The notes under the pieces are model-generated. The model was not told the DNA's origin. It made no database searches and saw nothing but the letters and a program-made list of their open reading frames with translations. From positions 1 through 10,433 of the IMG/VR virus record IMGVR_UViG_2698536657_000012: DNA of 10,433 nucleotides; one strand, written 5' to 3'. Below, in pieces: positions 6,421 through 10,433 of this stretch (the first letter of the stretch is position 1; each line of letters opens with the position of its first letter). A program made the translations under genes and the position numbers. The DNA comes from a virus. Lineage: Duplodnaviria > Heunggongvirae > Uroviricota > Caudoviricetes.

Positions 6421-6451
6421 ATAAAAAAAACCACCTGGCGGTGGTTTTTTC
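6421..6451 (-). terminator. Strong intrinsic terminator, tR'-like: CCACC-GCCA-GGTGG followed by U8 on the minus strand (flanked by A8 and T6, so the hairpin is bidirectional)
   Basis: Perfect GC-rich stem with long A/T runs on both sides; located about 60-70 nt downstream of the candidate late promoter. Confidence 0.7.
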
Positions 6452-6493
6452 TTACTTTGCCATCGCGTACAAAATCGGCAAAATATCAGATTT

Positions 6494-6528
6494 ATACGAA
6501 ACATACGCGATTTAATTGACTTTTGCAA
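6494..6528 (-). promoter_or_regulatory. Candidate late promoter (pR'-like): -35 TTGCAA, 17-nt spacer, -10 TATGTT, read on the minus strand; overlaps the last codons of the Q-like ORF
   Basis: Hexamers each 4/6 to consensus with ideal spacing; position relative to the upstream ORF and the downstream terminator fits the lambdoid Q-pR'-tR' layout. Confidence 0.4.
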
Positions 6529-7201
6529 TATCTCGTCGTGAAAAGGTCGCTTTTTGTTGCGCTCTTATTTTCACGGAGCAAATCAAGGATTCTCTATCGA
6601 GGCGCTTAAAAATATCGCACATCTCACGCCAGTAGTTCGCATAATTATGGCTCCAGTTATCAGGCTTAACTCCACACAGTCTGGCAAGCTCCTGTCTCTG
6701 GTAGACCTCACACCCGGTAACCCATCCTCTGACATCCTGTGCCGCCAGCCAGATCAACTTCTTCACACGCTCCAGCGTTTTCACTGCAATTTTTCTGGAG
6801 CCGGACTGAGTTTTAAATTCACTCCACACCCACTGTGTTATGGTGACCTGATCTTCCCAGCAAACATTTCCACTGTAGCACCACAGTAACCACGCCTTCT
6901 GATGTTCTTCCAGTTCCAGAACGGCACGCCGCCACGATGATGTTGCAAACTCAACCGGACTGACCAGAGCAATTGACGTCCCTTTCGCCAGTGATTGTTT
7001 GCCCGGGATCGGTGGATTATCCCGCGTGATCATTTTTCCGGTTACCTCATCGCGGTAACGAATTTTTTTACGTCTGTAACGCCCTGTATCGAACAGGGCA
7101 TTTTCCTGCCAGGCTTCCAGCTGGCCTTTTGTCGACCCACTGAGATCCGCAGTGGCAATCATGAGTTGCTCACGAACAAACTGTAAATACTGGCTATTCA
7201 T
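6512..7201 (-). CDS. Q-like late antiterminator candidate, 229 aa from ATG at 7199-7201 (functional call is positional only)
   Basis: The ORF itself is solid; its start overlaps the rusA stop (ATGAATAG). It lies between rusA and the pR'/tR'-like module, where lambdoid phages encode Q, but no lambda-type Cys4 zinc motif was recognised; a Roi-like or other nin-region protein is possible. Confidence 0.55.
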   Translation of the reverse strand: MNSQYLQFVREQLMIATADLSGSTKGQLEAWQENALFDTGRYRRKKIRYRDEVTGKMITRDNPPIPGKQSLAKGTSIALVSPVEFATSSWRRAVLELEEHQKAWLLWCYSGNVCWEDQVTITQWVWSEFKTQSGSRKIAVKTLERVKKLIWLAAQDVRGWVTGCEVYQRQELARLCGVKPDNWSHNYANYWREMCDIFKRLDRESLICSVKIRAQQKATFSRRDIAKVN

Positions 7202-7556
7202 GCACACCCACCTCTGTAATTCTTATCTCCAGCCGTCCACCAGATACTGGCTGGCCACGTACAATATTGATTTCATCAAACTGCTCATCGTCCATTAACA
7301 TTCCCGCATGCGTCAGCGCATCCAGCGGCGCTTTCAGAATATTGTCCAGGTCACGACGACGCTTATCCGGTGGCTCTGCAATAATTTTTATTGCCAGCCG
7401 TCCGGACAGTCTTAATTTCAGCCGCTGCTGGCGAACAATAAGCGCCACTGCACGGCGATAACGCTCCCCGGCTTTTGATACAAAATATGTGCTGCCACGG
7501 CGTCGCCAGTAAGTGTTCACCGTCGGCGGGTAAGGTAAAACCAAATCTATGAGCAT
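7194..7556 (-). CDS. rusA: Holliday-junction resolvase RusA (crossover junction endodeoxyribonuclease), 120 aa
   Basis: ATG with strong SD (AGAGGTGA); conserved RusA blocks (PPDKRRRDLDNILKAPLDALTHAGMLMDDEQ... GGRLEIRITE) match E. coli RusA as recalled from memory. Confidence 0.88.
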   Translation of the reverse strand: MLIDLVLPYPPTVNTYWRRRGSTYFVSKAGERYRRAVALIVRQQRLKLRLSGRLAIKIIAEPPDKRRRDLDNILKAPLDALTHAGMLMDDEQFDEINIVRGQPVSGGRLEIRITEVGVHE

Positions 7557-7568
7557 CAGTCACCTCTT

Positions 7569-8618
7569 TTACCCGAGCACGCCAGTCGCAAAGGCGTGAT
7601 CAAGAAAACGAAAAATTAACTCAATCTGAGAGCCGTACTTTTTCTCAAACTCCAGCGGGTCTGCATGAAGTTCGTTGTGGTGCTCCCGGCACAACGGTAG
7701 CGTGAAAATATCGTGGGCCTTTGTTCCCATTCCCCCCTGACCATGGCCAATCAGGTGATGCGGATCGTCGGCTGGCTTACCACAACACGCGCACGGCTGT
7801 GTCTTAACCCAGCGCGTGTATTTCTCATTAACCCAACGGCGACGTTTAGGCCGCCTCATGAACGATTCAGGAGACTCCGGATCAACGGCGATACTGACAA
7901 CCGTTTTTTTCTGTGGTGGATTTTGTTGCTGGTGGACGTGAAGTGGCAGCGCAATATTTTTTGTGCGCTGCTTCAGTATGCTGATGGCTGTCTGTTCTCC
8001 CGGTACGATGTCACTCTCACGGTATACGGAGCGGATTTTTCCCACCGGTAATCCCAGTGAACGACGCAATACAGACTCCGGAAGCGCATCAGCCACCTGA
8101 TTGCAGACCGCCCACCAGCATAACTCTGCCAGCGACAGTTCCCGCTCCTGTGTGCCATTCATTGCGTGACGTATGACATCAATCATCCAGGCTGCCAGAT
8201 TCTGCTGAGCAAGTTGATCGAGTGATTCTGATGTCTGGTCGCGCTGCTGGTTGTCACAGTGCCAGCACAACACCATCGCGCCGGTACCGTAACGGTGAAT
8301 GACGGTTTCGCTGTGATGATAATCGCCATGTGGCCACTGGCAGGATTTCACGTGACGTAATAACCAGTCAGACAGTGCACCTGCACCCCCCGCAGCACGA
8401 ATCACCCGTTCGTTGCTGAAAAATGGCAGTAATGTTTTATCCTCTGCCAGCGACTGTCGAACGGCGGGAACGACTCCGGACGGCAGACCGCGCATGTTTT
8501 TCGGTTCCGGCTCCACCAGTATTCTGCCGTTATGGAATGCTGACATTGATTCACGGCCCGGCTTTAGGAGCACCATCCCGAGTTCTGGCACCAGAACAGG
8601 TCGAAGTAATACCCGCAC
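7569..8618 (-). CDS. DUF968-family prophage protein (YdfU-like), 349 aa, with a C-terminal Cys/His-rich HNH/NinG-like motif
   Basis: GTG start preceded by a perfect SD (GGAGGtaacGTG) that overlaps the upstream ORF's TAA stop; C-terminus PCACCGKPADDPHHLIGHGQGG...LCREHHNELHAD. Confidence 0.75.
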   Translation of the reverse strand: MRVLLRPVLVPELGMVLLKPGRESMSAFHNGRILVEPEPKNMRGLPSGVVPAVRQSLAEDKTLLPFFSNERVIRAAGGAGALSDWLLRHVKSCQWPHGDYHHSETVIHRYGTGAMVLCWHCDNQQRDQTSESLDQLAQQNLAAWMIDVIRHAMNGTQERELSLAELCWWAVCNQVADALPESVLRRSLGLPVGKIRSVYRESDIVPGEQTAISILKQRTKNIALPLHVHQQQNPPQKKTVVSIAVDPESPESFMRRPKRRRWVNEKYTRWVKTQPCACCGKPADDPHHLIGHGQGGMGTKAHDIFTLPLCREHHNELHADPLEFEKKYGSQIELIFRFLDHAFATGVLG

Positions 8619-8619
8619 G

Positions 8620-8898
8620 TTACCTCCAGATGCGCTGCTGGAATGTGCGGGACGGACGCGGTGGGCGTTCGGAATAAGGGAGCCTGACGGAGATTATCCA
8701 GTGGCGACGGTCAAGACTGAGAGCTTTCTCAAACTCATACCCGCGTCTGCGGTAGTTCTGAATCAACCATTCGGCCTGTTCTTCAGTGCATGGGGCATGC
8801 TGGAACCAGTCAGATTTGAATGCATGAGAACGCCGCCCGTGCCTGCTGGCAGGGGCGGCGAAGTTATCCGAATTGTGTAATTTTGTATCGTGCGCCAT
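8620..8898 (-). CDS. Hypothetical nin-region protein, 92 aa from ATG at 8896-8898 (ORF-track version starts at a TTG at 8979)
   Basis: Its stop is translationally coupled to the DUF968 gene start. No motif recognised; positionally comparable to the small genes next to ydfU in Qin-like prophages. Confidence 0.45.
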   Translation of the reverse strand: MAHDTKLHNSDNFAAPASRHGRRSHAFKSDWFQHAPCTEEQAEWLIQNYRRRGYEFEKALSLDRRHWIISVRLPYSERPPRPSRTFQQRIWR

Positions 8899-8978
8899 CG
8901 GTTGTCTCTGCTGGCGCAGCAGGTGCCAGTTGTTCAGGCTGGCGTGCGGATTGTAAACCAGAATACGGGGGTAACACA

Positions 8979-8998
8979 AAGCCCGCCTCTGTGGGCTT
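8979..8998. other. GC-rich hairpin (AAGCCC-8 nt-GGGCTT) between the hicAB operon and the nin-region genes; possible weak terminator
   Basis: 6-bp stem; flanks are only moderately T-rich on either strand; coincides with the compositional boundary of the AT-rich moron. Confidence 0.3.
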
Positions 8999-9003
8999 GA
9001 TTA

Positions 9004-9438
9004 TTAAGCCGAGCCCGGCACATACCAAGGGAAATAAATATCACTTAACGACGTGTGTTTGAGAACAGAGTCCACCGCCAATTTCAACGTCAACGACATG
9101 AAATTCTCAAAATACCATGAATTTTCTACAAAGAACTTTTCATCGATCGCCCCTCCATTAATGATATCAAAGTCCGTAATCAGCTCCATCTTTAACTCAA
9201 AAGATGGTTCTTCATCACCGACAGGCTCTCCCTCTCTATCAGGATACCCTTTTATCGATGGCGAAAACCCAATCCGAAACCAACTGGTACCATCATCATC
9301 ACGCCCCGAAGCAAATTTAAGTTCCTCAATCGAGACCTTAAAAAAACCTCCATCATCACTAGTGTTATCCCTGAAACTACTGGAAACTATATCGAAACCA
9401 GCATACTTAATATTTTTTAACATCAGTGACGTATCCAT
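9004..9438 (-). CDS. Hypothetical acidic protein, 144 aa, third gene of the hicA-hicB operon
   Basis: ATG at 9436-9438 lies 16 nt upstream of the hicB stop (overlapping genes); SD-like GAGG about 10 nt upstream; D/E-rich; AT-rich codon usage like hicAB. No recognisable domain. Confidence 0.6.
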   Translation of the reverse strand: MDTSLMLKNIKYAGFDIVSSSFRDNTSDDGGFFKVSIEELKFASGRDDDGTSWFRIGFSPSIKGYPDREGEPVGDEEPSFELKMELITDFDIINGGAIDEKFFVENSWYFENFMSLTLKLAVDSVLKHTSLSDIYFPWYVPGSA

Positions 9439-9899
9439 CGCTCACTAACCTCTTTCCTTTTTGTTCTTACTGAAGATGGAACAACATAATTAAGAAGAAA
9501 TACGCCATCCCAAACAAGTGTATCTGCCGTTTCTTTATTTTCGGGATGAGAATGAACTTCTTTTTTACCTGCAATCTTTTCTTCAATGGCTTTACGCACA
9601 TAATCATTAAGCGTCGTCTTATCCATCATTGCAGCCAAAAACGCTTTCTTATGAAGATCGCGACCTATTCTGATGTTAAAAGTACCACTCATTGGTTTAT
9701 CAGGAGATTTACCCAACTGCTTGCATGTATCGAGGTAATCTGTAACAGCCTCTTCAAAAGCTGCCCTTAACCCATCCAGTGTTTCCGCTTCGTAGGTTAC
9801 AACATCGTTTACACACTGAATTTTCCCATGAAGTATGTTATCTTCAAGAGAAATCTCAATGCTACCAAAATAACCTTTATAACTCAGCACATTACTCAT
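9423..9899 (-). CDS. hicB: HicB-family antitoxin (COG4226-like N-terminal domain fused to a C-terminal ribbon-helix-helix-like DNA-binding segment), 158 aa from ATG at 9897-9899
   Basis: YKGYFGSIE...EDNILHGKI...YEAETLDGLRAAFEEAVTDYLDTCKQLGK..P.KP.SGTFNIRIGRDLHKKA matches the conserved HicB pattern as recalled from memory; its ATG overlaps the hicA stop (ATGAGTAA). Confidence 0.78.
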   Translation of the reverse strand: MSNVLSYKGYFGSIEISLEDNILHGKIQCVNDVVTYEAETLDGLRAAFEEAVTDYLDTCKQLGKSPDKPMSGTFNIRIGRDLHKKAFLAAMMDKTTLNDYVRKAIEEKIAGKKEVHSHPENKETADTLVWDGVFLLNYVVPSSVRTKRKEVSERWIRH

Positions 9900-10140
9900 A
9901 ACTATCAATCTCATCCAAAAGATTTTTCACTTCTTTAAGCACATATCCTTTAACAATATTGCCAGGATGTGGGCAATGAAAAGCCACAAGCCTTCCATTA
10001 CCATTGGCAAACTTCCTTCTTGAGCCTGAGCCGGTAAGCATTTCGAAACCATAATGCCCAAGCAACGTCACGAGTTCATCCCATGTAAAATCCTTTGGAA
10101 GCTGATTCAGACGCCCCCTCAACTTCTCTTTTTTGCTCAT
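9892..10140 (-). CDS. hicA: HicA-family mRNA-interferase toxin (YcfA-like), 82 aa
   Basis: Small basic protein, WDELVTLLGHYGFEM...GSGSRRKF...FHCPHPGNIVKGYVLKEV, consistent with the HicA fold motif; located immediately upstream of and overlapping hicB in the canonical toxin-first order. Confidence 0.75.
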   Translation of the reverse strand: MSKKEKLRGRLNQLPKDFTWDELVTLLGHYGFEMLTGSGSRRKFANGNGRLVAFHCPHPGNIVKGYVLKEVKNLLDEIDSYE

Positions 10141-10168
10141 TTAAAGTATATCCCTTCCCCCACCAATA

Positions 10169-10187
10169 GCAACTAATAATCAGTTGC
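10169..10187. promoter_or_regulatory. Inverted repeat GCAACT-n7-AGTTGC upstream of hicA; candidate operator for the RHH-type HicB
   Basis: Perfect 6-bp arms separated by 7 nt, about 30 nt upstream of the hicA start, within an A/T-rich putative promoter region. Confidence 0.4.
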
Positions 10188-10433
10188 AAACTCAGCGCGA
10201 TAAAGAAGCATAAGAATCCTGCACCTAATACATAACTTAAGAAAACACGTGTGAGCATGAAAATGCTACAATAATGTTTAAATCACTTACCAGTAAGGTT
10301 AAGTGCGGGTGCGTTGAGGATGCCTGACACATCAGAGGTAGCGGGAGATTACTCTCCCGCCTGGTCACTCTTACTCATCAGGTTCGTAGACTGTGAAAAC
10401 AGCGACCTCCGTCTGGCCGGTTCGGATTCGTAC

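Noticed and set aside
10076-10258. 60-aa hydrophobic ORF upstream of hicA
   Set aside because: Overlaps the first 65 nt of hicA in another frame, has no SD, and covers the putative hicAB promoter/operator; more likely 5' UTR. A small membrane peptide is not excluded.

Overview
This window reads as a stx-negative lambdoid (Stx-phage-like) prophage segment from an E. coli-like enterobacterial genome, with every credible gene on the minus strand, so the phage map runs from high to low coordinates. In that order: an AT-rich hicA-hicB-orf144 moron (10140->9004); nin-region genes (92-aa ORF, DUF968/YdfU-like ORF, rusA); a Q-like ORF followed by a pR'-like promoter and a strong tR'-like terminator; a small wHTH ORF with its own terminator; a beta-class DNA methyltransferase; three tRNAs (Ile-CAU, Arg-UCG, Arg-UCU); then, where Stx phages carry stxAB, a gamma-class N6-adenine-MTase-like ORF plus about 1 kb of non-coding DNA containing a tandemly duplicated ~250-nt hairpin-rich element; then the nanS-p sialate O-acetylesterase and two small ORFs. 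No stx, integrase, CRISPR or rRNA is present. The most unusual parts are the cargo in the stx position (MTase-like gene plus structured repeats) and the three-gene hicAB-containing operon. All assignments come from reading motifs by eye; no database search was run. CDS coordinates follow the supplied ORF track; hand-derived coordinates (tRNAs, hairpins, promoters) may be off by 1-2 nt, because the printed sequence and the ORF track disagreed by one base in at least two places.
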